Virus record (IMG/VR): IMGVR_UViG_3300025902_000617
DNA length: 64,000 nucleotides
From: an uncultured virus (IMG/VR IMGVR_UViG_3300025902_000617)
Lineage: Duplodnaviria; Heunggongvirae; Uroviricota; Caudoviricetes
Direction: 5' to 3' (one strand)
A program made the translations under genes and the position numbers. Of this stretch, positions 1-10,766 are shown in pieces (within the stretch, counting starts at the first letter, position 1; each line of letters begins with the position of its first letter). The notes under the pieces were generated by a model. It worked only from the letters and a program-made list of their open reading frames with translations. It had not been told where the DNA came from and did not search any database.

Positions 1-365
1 CGACAATATCAATGAAATACGGTATCCCGATCTGAAGCGCTTTCGGATCTTCAAGGAATATCTTTTTGCAAACGCGACTGCCAAGCGCTTCTTTGTCACA
101 ATCTGGGAGTTTGTGCTTGCACGTTTCACAGCGTTGTGGGTGCGGGGTCATGGTCGCACCTCATACACCGCACACACTAAATGGGTGCCTATAAGATCGT
201 CTGTCGTATCTTTCAGTCTTGTTCGTGCTAACATTTCCTCGTTTGTCATTCCAATCGTATGCTGCTTCTCTGTTACCGGGCAGTGGCATCTGCCATCGAT
301 TTCCCCGGAGCACTCGCCGCAACATTCATCTCCGCATACATAATCGGTTTTTGCTTCATTTTCAC

Positions 366-881
366 TCATACTGCACCTTCTATTTCCGCTACCTTTCTTG
401 CAATGGCGCACGCAAGCGTACCCGAGCCGGGATACAGATCGTCGATTTCGTCACCTTCTTGCCATCCTACAAGGTCTAGAACCCACGAACAGAACGCGTC
501 GGGCTTAGCCCCGTGCGTCCCACGTTTCATGGTCATATTGGCAATTACATAATCTCTTGTAGATGGGACTGCCCTAGACCCCTTTGGGCGCGCTGGAATG
601 AACAGAACTGGCTCCCAGCAGTACTGCACGCGATGCGTGGGTTTCCACGAGCAGAAGGGCTTGACCCATGCTGCCGTGCGTGTTCCTTCTGGAGCCAGAT
701 TGAGCAGGTACTTGAGTGACGGACTTGAAGCAGATAATGCCCATCCGTCGTACTTCTCAAGTCTCTTCATGAGCGCGGGGTAGTCAACCTCTTCAGCTAC
801 AATTCCCGACGGATCGTTCGAGTAATGTCGTTTTGCTTGACCGACGTATGGAGGGTCAGCGTAACACAAACACAGTTTCAT
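366..881 (-). CDS. Compact N6-adenine/N4-cytosine DNA methyltransferase
   Basis: ORF track; catalytic motif ADPPY near the N-terminus and SAM-binding DLYPGSG near the C-terminus (beta-class order). Confidence 0.8.
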   Translation of the reverse strand: MKLCLCYADPPYVGQAKRHYSNDPSGIVAEEVDYPALMKRLEKYDGWALSASSPSLKYLLNLAPEGTRTAAWVKPFCSWKPTHRVQYCWEPVLFIPARPKGSRAVPSTRDYVIANMTMKRGTHGAKPDAFCSWVLDLVGWQEGDEIDDLYPGSGTLACAIARKVAEIEGAV

Positions 882-883
882 AT

Positions 884-1201
884 CTACACCAACGCGATTT
901 TATCTATGTTTGGACGATCACCGCGAATGATATCTCCGGGTTTCATTTTGGAGAGGTCGTCTTTATATTGCAAGAGTTCTTTTCTATAGTCGTCAGCCCA
1001 ACATCTGTTATCATCGGAGAGTCCCTCTTCGTCACAGAATTTGATACTATCTTCGGCCTCGTCCATGCATTCTTTCCGGACAACCTCGAATAGTTCTAGG
1101 GATTTTTCTCTGGACAATGTGGCGAAACGAATCAAATACTCGTCGTAATTTACCACACTGATGATATATACTGCGGGTGCTACTTCATCTGTGTTTGCCA
1201 T
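884..1201 (-). CDS. Hypothetical protein
   Basis: Packed ORF in the minus-strand operon; GGAG SD upstream of the ATG. Confidence 0.6.
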   Translation of the reverse strand: MANTDEVAPAVYIISVVNYDEYLIRFATLSREKSLELFEVVRKECMDEAEDSIKFCDEEGLSDDNRCWADDYRKELLQYKDDLSKMKPGDIIRGDRPNIDKIALV

Positions 1202-1514
1202 GTTTTTTTCTCCTGCGGAGATTTTTTATCTCCTCTATTACTTCCGATTCACACTCGCAGTGGGCGAAATGTGGACAGTGATGTTCGTAGCAATGCTCTG
1301 ACGGCATACGCTTACAATACACTGGCTTTCGGGGCTTTTTGATTCCGGGAACATAGTTGAGATTTTTAACCCTTATCGTTTTCAACGGGTCGAAAGAAAC
1401 AATCCGGTACGAAAACCTGCTATGGCACATGTGATAGTCGGTGTTAATCATGCAATAGCACTCGCTCGGTTTCCCTTCGATTTCTCTCAGTGTCCAAACT
1501 TTAGGTTCCTTCAT
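1185..1514 (-). CDS. Hypothetical Cys/His-rich protein
   Basis: ORF overlapping the neighbouring gene in operon fashion. Confidence 0.55.
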   Translation of the reverse strand: MKEPKVWTLREIEGKPSECYCMINTDYHMCHSRFSYRIVSFDPLKTIRVKNLNYVPGIKKPRKPVYCKRMPSEHCYEHHCPHFAHCECESEVIEEIKNLRRRKKHGKHR

Positions 1515-2108
1515 TCTGCTTCCTGTACTCTTTGATCAGTTCTTTGATGCCATCACGTAGATATACTTTTGGTTTGAACCCTAAGCTCGTGATGTTTGTC
1601 ACATCGTTTGGTCAGTTCACGAACGAACGCAGAGCCAACCATTCCGGTTGACCCCAATACCAAAATCTTATCTGATTTTTCCATGGTCATAATATATCCC
1701 GGTAGAATGTCCCAAGCTTTCTACCCTTGCTTTCAAGATGATCTTTTATCGCATCTAACAGCTCGTCTTCGACTTCGTTTCCCGGTTCAAATATCAACAT
1801 AAACGGATATACCGATCCGTCTGGGTTGATAATAACGGGTATCTCTCGTTTTGTCATGGGGCACCGTAAAACACCCATGCAGATATCCACCCAGAAAAAA
1901 ACGCAATGGTTATAAACCATACCGCTTTCCAGATATCCTCACCACTCATCGCCGTTACCTCCTGTCATAAGTCAATCCCACATATATGCCGGTATCGCAT
2001 CACACACGGCGTCGTGCGCTAAACACCAAATGTGTGCGCGCTTGTTTTTGGGCAATTCTTGACATTCTTCATCGAGATATTTCGATAATAAATCCATCTT
2101 GTCTGTAC

Positions 2109-2588
2109 TCATTTTCCACCCCTACGGAGGGATTCTGCGACCAGATCGATATCAATCAATCGAATCCAAGTAAACCCGTCATACCTTGCGTGGCTTTCTT
2201 TATCATTGTGAATTGCCACGTTCAACTCCTTGCGTATAGCTGCGTCGTGCTCAGCTACAATATCATGTGCCATCTGGCAAATCGCTTTATCATCACAGAT
2301 GGACGAATGAAAGTACGTGCACTTCTCGTCGCAATTCAAACTATCGAGAGATGCTAGGAATTGATTGGTAGATCTCCGATCAGAAACTGGAACCAACGGG
2401 TATCGACGCATACGTACCATAATTTCGCAGTCCGCCCTCCCGTACTCGTTGCACATATCACATCCGTCGCAGATGGTTTCCGCGGTAACTACGTACAGCG
2501 GAGACGGCTGTGGCTTGATGGTTTTCTCGTACACAATCTTTGTGGTACTTTCTTCAACGATTTTCATCTTGGACACCATTCCATACAT
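2109..2588 (-). CDS. Hypothetical Cys-rich protein
   Basis: ORF with CxxCxxC clusters; operon packing. Confidence 0.55.
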   Translation of the reverse strand: MYGMVSKMKIVEESTTKIVYEKTIKPQPSPLYVVTAETICDGCDMCNEYGRADCEIMVRMRRYPLVPVSDRRSTNQFLASLDSLNCDEKCTYFHSSICDDKAICQMAHDIVAEHDAAIRKELNVAIHNDKESHARYDGFTWIRLIDIDLVAESLRRGGK

Positions 2589-2899
2589 TCATCTTTATCT
2601 TTTCCAGAGAGTACACCAAATTCAAATAGTGCGGTTACATATCCTTCCCACCAAACATTGTTAAGTGCATTGCCTAACACAGCCGCGTATGAGTCGATAT
2701 ACCGTCTTTGGTGGAGTCTGAATGTTTCCCACAAATCAGACTTCTTTTTTATTTTGCGCATGCCATGGCTAGCCATGTGACACCACTCGGCGGGAACTGC
2801 GCCACAACCACAACCCGGCAACCAGATAAAACAGGCACATAAATACAAGGTAGAATAGACAACACCACCCAGCCCTGCTATAAAATTCTGCTTCCGTAA

Positions 2900-3166
2900 T
2901 CATACGTCGCCCCGTTTCGTCAACTTCTCAATCTGCTTGCTCATGTGTTCAAATGCCGATGCCATTATTGGATCCTTTTCTTTCAGAGGGGTCTTAGCAT
3001 CGCAGTCCTTGCACAGTTCTCCTTTAAGAGACTCATAGTAAAAACCGTCTGATATTTCTACACCAGCCGGAAACCGTCTCCCGGTGGGCACTATATGATG
3101 ATGAATGGTTTCTCCGCATTTCACACATTTAGTACCCCTTGCCGCGTACATCATGGGAACCACCAA
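2900..3166 (-). CDS. Small Zn-finger protein
   Basis: CVKC...CKDC motifs. Confidence 0.55.
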   Translation of the reverse strand: MVVPMMYAARGTKCVKCGETIHHHIVPTGRRFPAGVEISDGFYYESLKGELCKDCDAKTPLKEKDPIMASAFEHMSKQIEKLTKRGDV

Positions 3167-3314
3167 TCAAACAATGCAAAGGTGCAAATACCAGTAAACC
3201 CACTGATGGCACCACAGATTATGTCATATTTCCAGTTGATGCATCTACCCCAATGTCTCCACGTCATAAAACCGGAATATGAAATAAGAAATGCGAGTAA
3301 AAATCCAATGGCAC

Positions 3315-3944
3315 TCATTTTCGTTCACCTATAAGGTATTCTTCCTTGTCTCTGCATATGTCTGGGTATTTTCCATTAGACTTGGCGCATGGGTAGCAAT
3401 TGTATGGGCAGTCGATACAGGGGGATCGCGAAGGCACCGGTGGCGCGCGGGGCAAATCCCGAAGAGATTCCAGCACGCAATCTTTTTTGTGTCCATCATC
3501 CATTGCGTTAAAGCAGAAAGGACAAGCCCTTGTCATTACTCCCCACGAATCTTCATAATCGGTATGACTCCCAGACCACTCGTAGGGTTCGAGTAATTTC
3601 AGTATCCTCTCGCGCTCGGCTTTCGCTATTTGTTCGTCTGTCACAATGACGTACTTTTTGATAGGAAACTCGAAACCATTTCCGCACGCTGGGCAAACCA
3701 CGCCTTTTCCATTGCCATATTCAGAATAATACGATTCAAGGTTTGGGCAGAAACAATCCGGGCATGTGGTCGAGGACGATTTCCAATATCCAAAAAATGT
3801 CTCCGGGGTGTTATAACTTTCGCTATCTATGATTACTTTCAGAAGGCGGTCGCGATAGCCCTGTTGCCACTCCGCGGATCCCCCAGCTGGCAATTCCCGC
3901 ATTGGTTTCCTCAACCTGATCTGTATTGGCTGTTCATCCATCAT
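3315..3944 (-). CDS. Hypothetical multi-Zn-ribbon protein
   Basis: CPDC/CPAC/CPFC/CIDC motifs; GAGGTGA SD. Confidence 0.6.
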   Translation of the reverse strand: MMDEQPIQIRLRKPMRELPAGGSAEWQQGYRDRLLKVIIDSESYNTPETFFGYWKSSSTTCPDCFCPNLESYYSEYGNGKGVVCPACGNGFEFPIKKYVIVTDEQIAKAERERILKLLEPYEWSGSHTDYEDSWGVMTRACPFCFNAMDDGHKKDCVLESLRDLPRAPPVPSRSPCIDCPYNCYPCAKSNGKYPDICRDKEEYLIGERK

Positions 3945-4377
3945 TATTCACCTCTCGCGTCCACCTGATTATCTGCGCTTCAATTCCGTCTTTGGAAATT
4001 TGCCCATTCTTGGATATCAGCACATCCCGTAAGGTGTTCCCGGTCGGAGGAACCATTCCATCAAGTCTTGCAAGTTCACTGAGATTGTACCACGGGTTAT
4101 AACTGACACCGGCCTTGCCATCGGGCGGGTCAATCATGATTCCGTAGGGATATATTTTGCATTTGAATATCGTCGTAATCTGCATGTAGTCGGTTATCGT
4201 TTCCCTCTTGCTTCGATATGGTCTTCCCTCCCATATATAGAACCTCAAAAGATCTCCGACATTGAACTTTCGTCCGACGCGAATTGTCTGCGTGCAGGTT
4301 CCATTTCGCACCGGCTTGATTTTCGGTTCGTACGTTAAAGGAAGATTCCATTTGTGTATCTTCCGTTCGCGTGTCAT
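3934..4377 (-). CDS. ASCH/PUA-like domain protein
   Basis: NGTCTQTIR...FNVGDLL...GRPYRSK and 'LARLDG' resemble phage ASCH-family proteins. Confidence 0.6.
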   Translation of the reverse strand: MTRERKIHKWNLPLTYEPKIKPVRNGTCTQTIRVGRKFNVGDLLRFYIWEGRPYRSKRETITDYMQITTIFKCKIYPYGIMIDPPDGKAGVSYNPWYNLSELARLDGMVPPTGNTLRDVLISKNGQISKDGIEAQIIRWTREVNNDG

Positions 4378-5875
4378 TGTTTCAGTCTCACGATAAACCG
4401 CACACGCTTGTCTTCGAATGTCCCTTCTGCCTCGAAGACCTTAGTGTCGTCTCCCACCTGCAATCTTGATAATTTGCTTGAAAGGACTGCAAGCTCAGCG
4501 GGAGTTGTCACGAAAGATATTTCCATTACTCTTTCGATTTCAATTCCGATCCCGGCGCAATTTATTTTTCCGTCAATCATGTTACACCTGCAATTTTCAT
4601 TCGATCTGTTTTACCTTGTTCCTTGCATTGCCGCGGGGTTGAATAGCATTCGTCTGCATCCAGACAAAATACACATATTCCCGGCATCTCGCGGGAATCA
4701 AACCTATCGATGGGTCGCTTGTTACTCATCCTTACTCGCTCCCGTTGGAGTATCACGTTTCTTGATATACTCGATGAATTCGTCAATCTCTTCCTTCGTG
4801 AATATGGCGTGGAGTCTCCAGTCGTCTTTTCTCGATTCGACAAGTATACCACCGTGCGGCATATCCCAGAAATAGAGAAGTCGTTTCTTTCCTTTCATCA
4901 ACGATACCCTCTCGGAAACCTATGTGTGCATTCCCCGTCTTTGTAAATACTTACCATGTCGACCGGCTCGCGCGGGGTTTTTACACCGACGCTGCTGGTA
5001 CTAACGTCTTTAAGCATAGCAAAAACAGAGAACCTCAGCTTATCGTCGCTTTCATCTTCCAGATACTCGTAAATAAGTTGGATTTGCGCATCTGTTATGA
5101 TATGATTTTGTGAATGATCAGTCATTCCAATCCTCCGGAGAAAATCCCTTCACAAACAATCCCGACGACATAAGCATATTGTCGTCGTAAACATAGAAAA
5201 TTCGAATCCCCTTGCATATTATTTTCGATGGATCAAGGTTCAACGATTTTGCAAGGGATTTTCCGATTTTCTTTGCGAGAGCATTCATATCAACGTCTGA
5301 CTTGAAATGGAATTCATTGTCTGTCATAGGGCATCCCTCACTTACATTCACTCCGAAGAAATTCGAGCGTCTCGGCGATTGACACAAACCTCACAACCGA
5401 GCCGATGGTCGGGTTTTGAGGCCATTCAGCTTTATCCATGGTTTCGATTGCTGCGTCAAGTATTCTTTTTCTGTCGATCATTCGTCACCAGCTAGTCCGG
5501 CAGACTTCATATGGTTCTTTCACCGTCGGGATCGGGCAGAACGCGGGGACTTCGCCTTTCCAACCGTCACCAACATATGCAATATGCACCGGTGGTTCCC
5601 CGAGTTTCCTTGCGCCGGGGTTGGTACAGCAGTATTCCTCCGGATCGTGACAATCATTATTGCCGAAAAACTTGAGGAACGGACAGTTATAGCAGCTCCA
5701 TATCACCACTTGGATAACTCGTTTTTCTGTCATGGGGATCCAACCTTGTATCTATCGCAGATTTCTGCAATGTCATTCTTGCAGAACATGCAGACACCGC
5801 CAAGTTTCAGGGGATCGTTTTTCTTTAACTCGTCACACGTTCCATCCTTGTTTAATCTGCCACAGGTTTTCATTG

Positions 5876-6319
5876 TTACCCCACGAAATACTTGATGTGG
5901 TTCTGCTTTGCCACCGACTCAATCTTGCGTCCAAGCTGGCGCGCGGAAGTTGCATCTGCGCGCGCTTTCTTTGCCTGTTCAAGTGCAGCGTTAATTCCAC
6001 TGGTGTTTCTGCGCGCTACCCCGTCCTCTCCCACGATAACATCTGCAACCATTCCGCGCTGCTCCTCGTCTGTGATATCGATGAACTGGACGGTGATGCG
6101 ATAGAGAAGATCCCCGATAACATCGGGGTCGAGCGGGAGTTCAAGAAGATAATGTGTATCGTGAGCATACCTTGGTTCCACTTTCGGAAGATCCGGCATC
6201 TCCGTTATCTCTTCCTCCCTCAGAAGCTCAGAAAAATAATCGCCCATCGGGTCTATAGCCCACTCCGCGATCTCTTTTTGTCTCGCAGTAAGCTTGATAA
6301 GCGCTACGTTCGTTTTCAT
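5876..6319 (-). CDS. Hypothetical protein
   Basis: ORF; start reassigned to the ATG after an AGGTGA SD. Confidence 0.6.
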   Translation of the reverse strand: MKTNVALIKLTARQKEIAEWAIDPMGDYFSELLREEEITEMPDLPKVEPRYAHDTHYLLELPLDPDVIGDLLYRITVQFIDITDEEQRGMVADVIVGEDGVARRNTSGINAALEQAKKARADATSARQLGRKIESVAKQNHIKYFVG

Positions 6320-6335
6320 TCTCTTTTCACCTGTG

Positions 6336-6623
6336 TTAATCTTCACTTTCGGTTAATGTTTTATTCTCTGCAACATCAACCACTTCAATCCACGTGACCA
6401 CAGAATCGTAGAATGTATTTCCTTCAACCTCTACCCGAAACTGCTTCCCTTCTTTTTCAAGGATAAAACCGTCAAGGCGCATGGCGCTTATTCCCATTCC
6501 ACCGAAGACAAGTTCGGTTACCTTCGCCCCCTCTAGGGTGCGCAGCAACGCAGCCTTCCGGGCATCGGTCTCTGCCCGTATTCGTTTGCCTTCCTCGTCT
6601 GATACCATTCGTATCGATTTCAT
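6336..6623 (-). CDS. Hypothetical protein
   Basis: ORF with GGTGA SD. Confidence 0.6.
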   Translation of the reverse strand: MKSIRMVSDEEGKRIRAETDARKAALLRTLEGAKVTELVFGGMGISAMRLDGFILEKEGKQFRVEVEGNTFYDSVVTWIEVVDVAENKTLTESED

Positions 6624-6672
6624 GATTCACCCGCGGACTTTTTCCGCTGGAAAAAATAATGTTCGGACTTCT

Positions 6673-8250
6673 TTACACTAAAATTGATTGGGGTTTGCCC
6701 TTCTCGCAGCAGAAGCAAGCACAGGTAGTCGACTTGGGGATCGTTTTCTGCTCTACCTCTCTCAACCCTTGGATCGGGATGTAGTGCATAGTGCTCCATG
6801 CAGACCACTCAGTCCAGTGCTGCTCACCGGTGGTGATTTCATCACAATGCGCTGGCTCATCAACGACGATCTCGGTGTGCTCTCCAGCTGGGTGGTGAAT
6901 CGTCTCTGTGTATGCTTCCTGATCAACCACAATTTCATCGTGCGCTGGAGTATCAACCACGATCTCTTCGTGCGTTCCAGCCGGGTGATGTTCTGTCCAC
7001 GCTTCATGATCAACCATGATCTCTTCGTGAGTTTCAGCGGGGATCTCCGGGTGGACAATCGTTTCCGTGTATGCTTCTTTCCTAACGACAACGCGCTCCT
7101 TGCATACACATGCTGGATCGCAAACGGGATCATCGTGAACGCACCTTAACATGCCCCCACCCAGAACAACCTGCCCGCAACTCCCGTCTACATAGGCATT
7201 GTCTACACATTCGGTATGATCGGTGTGTCCAACGTTATTGTTGGCGTTCGCAAGTTCGAATGTCACATCGTATCGATTCACGCCACACGTACTTGTTTTC
7301 TCGTAGTGGTTTCCAACCTTCTTATAATCACCGCAATAATTCCATACCGCGCTCTGCACTACATAATCTGAGTAGATGCCAAGCTCGTACTCGTAGTAAT
7401 CCCCACGGAACCTGTAATTCCCATCATAATCGGTGCTCGTAACCGTGCACGTTGGAGTCTGGAATTCGGTACGGTTTACTTCCGGATGATATACATACTC
7501 AGTCCACCCCGGAATCGCCGGTTTGTCAACGACAGTGATAGTGCGGTTTTGCTCTGGATGATACTCGTCCCACGGCTGCGTGTCTTTGATTGTTTCGGTG
7601 TGGTTTACTTCCTCGACGTGAACCGTGTGGTTTACTTCCGGATGGTAGATATTCTCATCCCACGGCTCCTTGTCGGTGATTGTTACCGTGTGATTCACTT
7701 CATCAAAGCACTCGATGTGGATCCCCGCCGGGATCAACTCCCTGAACCGGTACTCATCGTGCGCTGGTTTGGTAGTGCAGATATCCGGATTCGAGACGCC
7801 AGCACCTAAGAACGTGACACGCGTAGTATCTCCGCCACCGATGATAAAGTCCTGAACTTCCATCTGATTGGCGTTTCCATTCTGTAGGAACGCCCGGTAC
7901 TGACCCGTCGGGAGTTTCATGAGATTTGTTTCTCCAATCGGGAGAGTTTTAATAAACTTGTACCCCGGGTTCTGACCACTGATTCCGGATCTGTCCGGTA
8001 AGAACGATGGGTCAAACTCCTGTATCCCCTTCTGGGTATCCAAGCTGTAGTACCAGATGGTAGTATCCTGCGCAGATCCGCCCGCACGGATGTAGAAAAT
8101 CACATAGCCGTAGCTGCTCGGTTCCTGAACCAAGAGCGCCGGGTTGTAGTCCACGTATTTGTTCGTGTAAAACTGGGATGCTGCCGACGCAACAGGCATC
8201 GTACACATAAACAATACGAAAATAGCTGCAATAAATGCATTTGCTTTCAT
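6673..8250 (-). CDS. Secreted protein with beta-rich N-domain and His/Glu/Thr-rich repeats
   Basis: Signal peptide MKANAFIAAIFVLFMC...ASA; repeats HPEVNHT/DxxPWDE and EAYTETIxHP/HEEIVVD. Confidence 0.8.
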   Translation of the reverse strand: MKANAFIAAIFVLFMCTMPVASAASQFYTNKYVDYNPALLVQEPSSYGYVIFYIRAGGSAQDTTIWYYSLDTQKGIQEFDPSFLPDRSGISGQNPGYKFIKTLPIGETNLMKLPTGQYRAFLQNGNANQMEVQDFIIGGGDTTRVTFLGAGVSNPDICTTKPAHDEYRFRELIPAGIHIECFDEVNHTVTITDKEPWDENIYHPEVNHTVHVEEVNHTETIKDTQPWDEYHPEQNRTITVVDKPAIPGWTEYVYHPEVNRTEFQTPTCTVTSTDYDGNYRFRGDYYEYELGIYSDYVVQSAVWNYCGDYKKVGNHYEKTSTCGVNRYDVTFELANANNNVGHTDHTECVDNAYVDGSCGQVVLGGGMLRCVHDDPVCDPACVCKERVVVRKEAYTETIVHPEIPAETHEEIMVDHEAWTEHHPAGTHEEIVVDTPAHDEIVVDQEAYTETIHHPAGEHTEIVVDEPAHCDEITTGEQHWTEWSAWSTMHYIPIQGLREVEQKTIPKSTTCACFCCEKGKPQSILV

Positions 8251-8316
8251 TTTGCCCTCCGCGGAATTGTTTTTCCACAGTACATTACATTCTTCGAGTT
8301 AATTAATCTATGCTTG

Positions 8317-8381
8317 CCCGTTTCTACGGGAAAAACCGTGTTCGGGGCATTTGCACCCCGAACGCCGCTTGTCGGTCACGG
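8317..8381 (-). repeat. tRNA-like T-loop element, copy A
   Basis: Minus strand: CCGTG-ACCGACAAGCGGCG-TTCGGGGTGCAAATGCCCCGAA-CACGG-TTTTT-CCCGTAGAAACGGG. Confidence 0.85.
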
Positions 8382-8419
8382 CATTTGTCGTTGGGTAAAT
8401 ATGTCGGTGCAGTGTCAGG

Positions 8420-8911
8420 TTATCCCCCGCACCCCCCGCCCCCTCCTCCGGGAGCCATCCCTATGAAAATCACGGTTGTAGTGTATCCCCCGTTCACAAC
8501 AAACTGCTGTGTTTCCATTCGCCCACCGTCTCCATTGAGAAGATATGCGGTATAATTACCCGCGCGCAGCTTTTCCGGCAACGACGCGCCGTCTGGAAGC
8601 ACTTTCACCACGGGATACCCCTGCCGTTTGATTTGTTCTCGTGTATCTGATGTCTTACTTGGAATAAACATCTGTGCTACATCTCGCAACCCCTGAATTG
8701 CGTTGTTCCTGACATAGATGGTCGTATCTTGCGCGGATCCACCGGCGGAAATTCTAAATACCGCATACCCGTCTGCGGATAAAGTCTCTCGTTCGAGTGC
8801 TTTATTTTGGTACACACGTAAATGCATAACAAGAATTATCCCAGCCGCTACGACTACTAGAAATACGACCATAATTCCTATAAATACTATACTTGGGATC
8901 ATAGTTATCAC
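8420..8911 (-). CDS. Membrane-anchored protein, paralogue of the N-domain of 6673..8250
   Basis: N-terminal TM helix; shares AGGSAQDTTI, GxYxAxLxNG and MExQxF..GGxTTxVxFxG with its neighbour. Confidence 0.8.
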   Translation of the reverse strand: MITMIPSIVFIGIMVVFLVVVAAGIILVMHLRVYQNKALERETLSADGYAVFRISAGGSAQDTTIYVRNNAIQGLRDVAQMFIPSKTSDTREQIKRQGYPVVKVLPDGASLPEKLRAGNYTAYLLNGDGGRMETQQFVVNGGYTTTVIFIGMAPGGGGGGCGG

Positions 8912-9133
8912 TTATATCTCCAAGCTCAAATACCTATTCCTTGCGTTTTTTGTCGCGAACAAGTTTCCCTCCTTTCATAAGCCCGCGAGATTTGAGTTCT
9001 AATTGCACCAGTAGTTGTTTTCCTGTGATTTGGCTGTGTTCCCAAAGCGAACGGGAAAAAAACAATTCCGCTTGGATTTTAAACCATTCGGTTTGCAACT
9101 CAAAATCCGTCATACTTTCTACATCTTTCATGC

Positions 9134-9487
9134 TTACCACCGTGATACATATACCCTTGCGTCTTTACTCCCGTCCGGGTTGAACCACACCATGTAATAT
9201 TTCTTTTTATTTCTCATGCACGATCTGACTATTGCCAATCCACCAACTTTACGGATTTCTTCAGCTTCTGATTCTGCTTTTTCACGCGAATCTGTCGGGT
9301 ATGTGCTGACGTATTGTATTCCACCAACTGTTCTTATTGGTGCATCGCTTCCGATGTCGTCAATCTGCAAGCTCGAACTGGGATAATTTTCACGTTTTGT
9401 CGCCCAGTCTATGTAATCGCTCGTATAGCAACCATCCATTCCGACGATTTTTGGAAACGGCGGACTGTTCATCTTTCGCACACCCAC
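9134..9487 (-). CDS. Hypothetical protein
   Basis: Packed ORF in the operon. Confidence 0.55.
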   Translation of the reverse strand: MGVRKMNSPPFPKIVGMDGCYTSDYIDWATKRENYPSSSLQIDDIGSDAPIRTVGGIQYVSTYPTDSREKAESEAEEIRKVGGLAIVRSCMRNKKKYYMVWFNPDGSKDARVYVSRW

Positions 9488-9954
9488 GTCGGCGAGCTGT
9501 TCTCCATGCGAGTTACTTTTTTGAACCCGAGTCCCAGAAGCGCATCGATATAATCTTCGTCGACATCGCTATGGCGGGGTTTTTTCGGAAAATTGCATAT
9601 GAATTTTCCGTTCTTCTTCAACAAACCCAGTACATCCAGAAGAATATCTACGATCTCCAACACAGATGACTGGACGTTCAGCACATTACTCGCAAAAACT
9701 ACATCATAATCACGAGTAATTGCGTCTTTGTCGTGAAGTTCTGGGTTGAAGTTCGATCCAACCTCCAATGCGGTGCAGTCATACCCCTCATCACGCAAGA
9801 AAAGCGTCCCAAATGCGTCTTTCCCAGCGCCATAATCGAGGATTTTATCGCATTTACTGGCATGTTCCATGACATGCCGCGGTAAAGCCTGACGTTTTGA
9901 GAACGTTTTTGAGTATGTCTTGTTCACCCGATTGAAATACTCTTCGCAGACCAT
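9469..9954 (-). CDS. Class I SAM-dependent methyltransferase
   Basis: ILDYGAGK motif I and YDVVFASNVLNV motif. Confidence 0.8.
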   Translation of the reverse strand: MVCEEYFNRVNKTYSKTFSKRQALPRHVMEHASKCDKILDYGAGKDAFGTLFLRDEGYDCTALEVGSNFNPELHDKDAITRDYDVVFASNVLNVQSSVLEIVDILLDVLGLLKKNGKFICNFPKKPRHSDVDEDYIDALLGLGFKKVTRMENSSPTWVCER

Positions 9955-9961
9955 GGTTTCC

Positions 9962-10123
9962 TCACTCTACAGAATACACTTCTGTTCCTTCATCATATTC
10001 TTGGGCGCCTCCTTCGTCGAAATCACCACGTTCTACCATTTCGCTTGCTTCTGTCGGTGAAGATGCCTCGATCTCAACAGATCCCTGCGTGGTTTTCGTG
10101 TAATAGACAGTGTATGTCCTCAT
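9962..10123 (-). CDS. Small acidic hypothetical protein (MRTYTVYY...)
   Basis: AGGTGA SD then ATG at 10123; the longer ORF call runs through repeat copy B and is probably over-extended. Confidence 0.6.
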   Translation of the reverse strand: MRTYTVYYTKTTQGSVEIEASSPTEASEMVERGDFDEGGAQEYDEGTEVYSVE

Positions 10124-10139
10124 ATTTTCACCTGATTGT

Positions 10140-10200
10140 CCCAACACTGGGAAAAGCGCGCGCGGGGCATTGCACCCCGCCGGTCGCTGATCGGTTGCGC
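10140..10200 (-). repeat. tRNA-like T-loop element, copy B
   Basis: Minus strand: GCGC-AACCGATCAGCGACCG-GCGGGGTGCAATGCCCCGC-GCGCGC-TTTT-CCCAGTGTTGGG; starts right after a TAA stop. Confidence 0.85.
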
Positions 10201-10386
10201 TTAATTCGATCCTGCGCCCATAAGCACGCCGCCAACCAGTGTTGCGGCAATACCTACAACCCACAGCTGCCACATGAAGGCAGTCGCGTTTATATGCACA
10301 AGTATAAGATAAGACAATGCGAGCGATGCGATTGCTCCGGCAAGCATCGAAAAGAATCCCAAAATTGCTAATCCTGCGTTTCCCAT
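10201..10386 (-). CDS. Small two-TM membrane protein
   Basis: Hydrophobic 61-aa ORF with GGAGG SD, flanked on both sides by repeat copies. Confidence 0.7.
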   Translation of the reverse strand: MGNAGLAILGFFSMLAGAIASLALSYLILVHINATAFMWQLWVVGIAATLVGGVLMGAGSN

Positions 10387-10421
10387 GTTCTTCCTCCTTT
10401 TTTTTGTTCGACCTTCAACTT

Positions 10422-10480
10422 GCCCAAACGGGCAAACCGCGCGCGGGGCTTTGCACCCCGCTGCCGCTTATCAGTCGCAG
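10422..10480 (-). repeat. tRNA-like T-loop element, copy C
   Basis: Minus strand: CTGCG-ACTGATAAGCGGCA-GCGGGGTGCAAAGCCCCGC-GCGCGG-TTT-GCCCGTTTGGGC; contains the TGA stop of 10471..10731. Confidence 0.85.
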
Positions 10481-10731
10481 TTGTCGAGCGCCATACGCCC
10501 ACGTTCGCATTCCGCTAAGTGCTGGTTGAACACCTCAACCCCTTCTTTTGGTGTGGGGTAGGCACACGGATCTAACATAAATCCGCATATCCAACACCAT
10601 AAACTTCGTTCATGTTTTGGAAATCGAAGGAGACGTTCTTTTTCTTTTTCTTCATAGTCGACTTCCGATTGTGGCGCCATGTTTTTATTAAAATGGTGTT
10701 CAACTGAACACGCCAAGTCATACTCATTCAT
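10471..10731 (-). CDS. Hypothetical protein
   Basis: ORF between repeat copies C and D. Confidence 0.6.
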   Translation of the reverse strand: MNEYDLACSVEHHFNKNMAPQSEVDYEEKEKERLLRFPKHERSLWCWICGFMLDPCAYPTPKEGVEVFNQHLAECERGRMALDNCD

Positions 10732-10742
10732 ACCTGATCACT

Positions 10743-10766
10743 CCCGCTGCCGCTCATCGGTCACTG
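10743..10766 (-). repeat. Truncated T-loop element, copy D (5' half only)
   Basis: Minus strand CAGTG-ACCGATGAGCGGCA-GCGGG matches the 5' half of copies A/C and overlaps a TGA stop. Confidence 0.65.

Noticed and set aside
6673..8911. Diversity-generating retroelement TR/VR pair
   Set aside because: Similarity is protein-level paralogy without adenine-specific mismatches; no reverse transcriptase in the window.
10437..10766. Hammerhead ribozyme (CTGATAAG / CCGATGAG resemble CUGAUGA)
   Set aside because: No GAAA after a stem II and no conserved NUH site; other copies do not keep the core.
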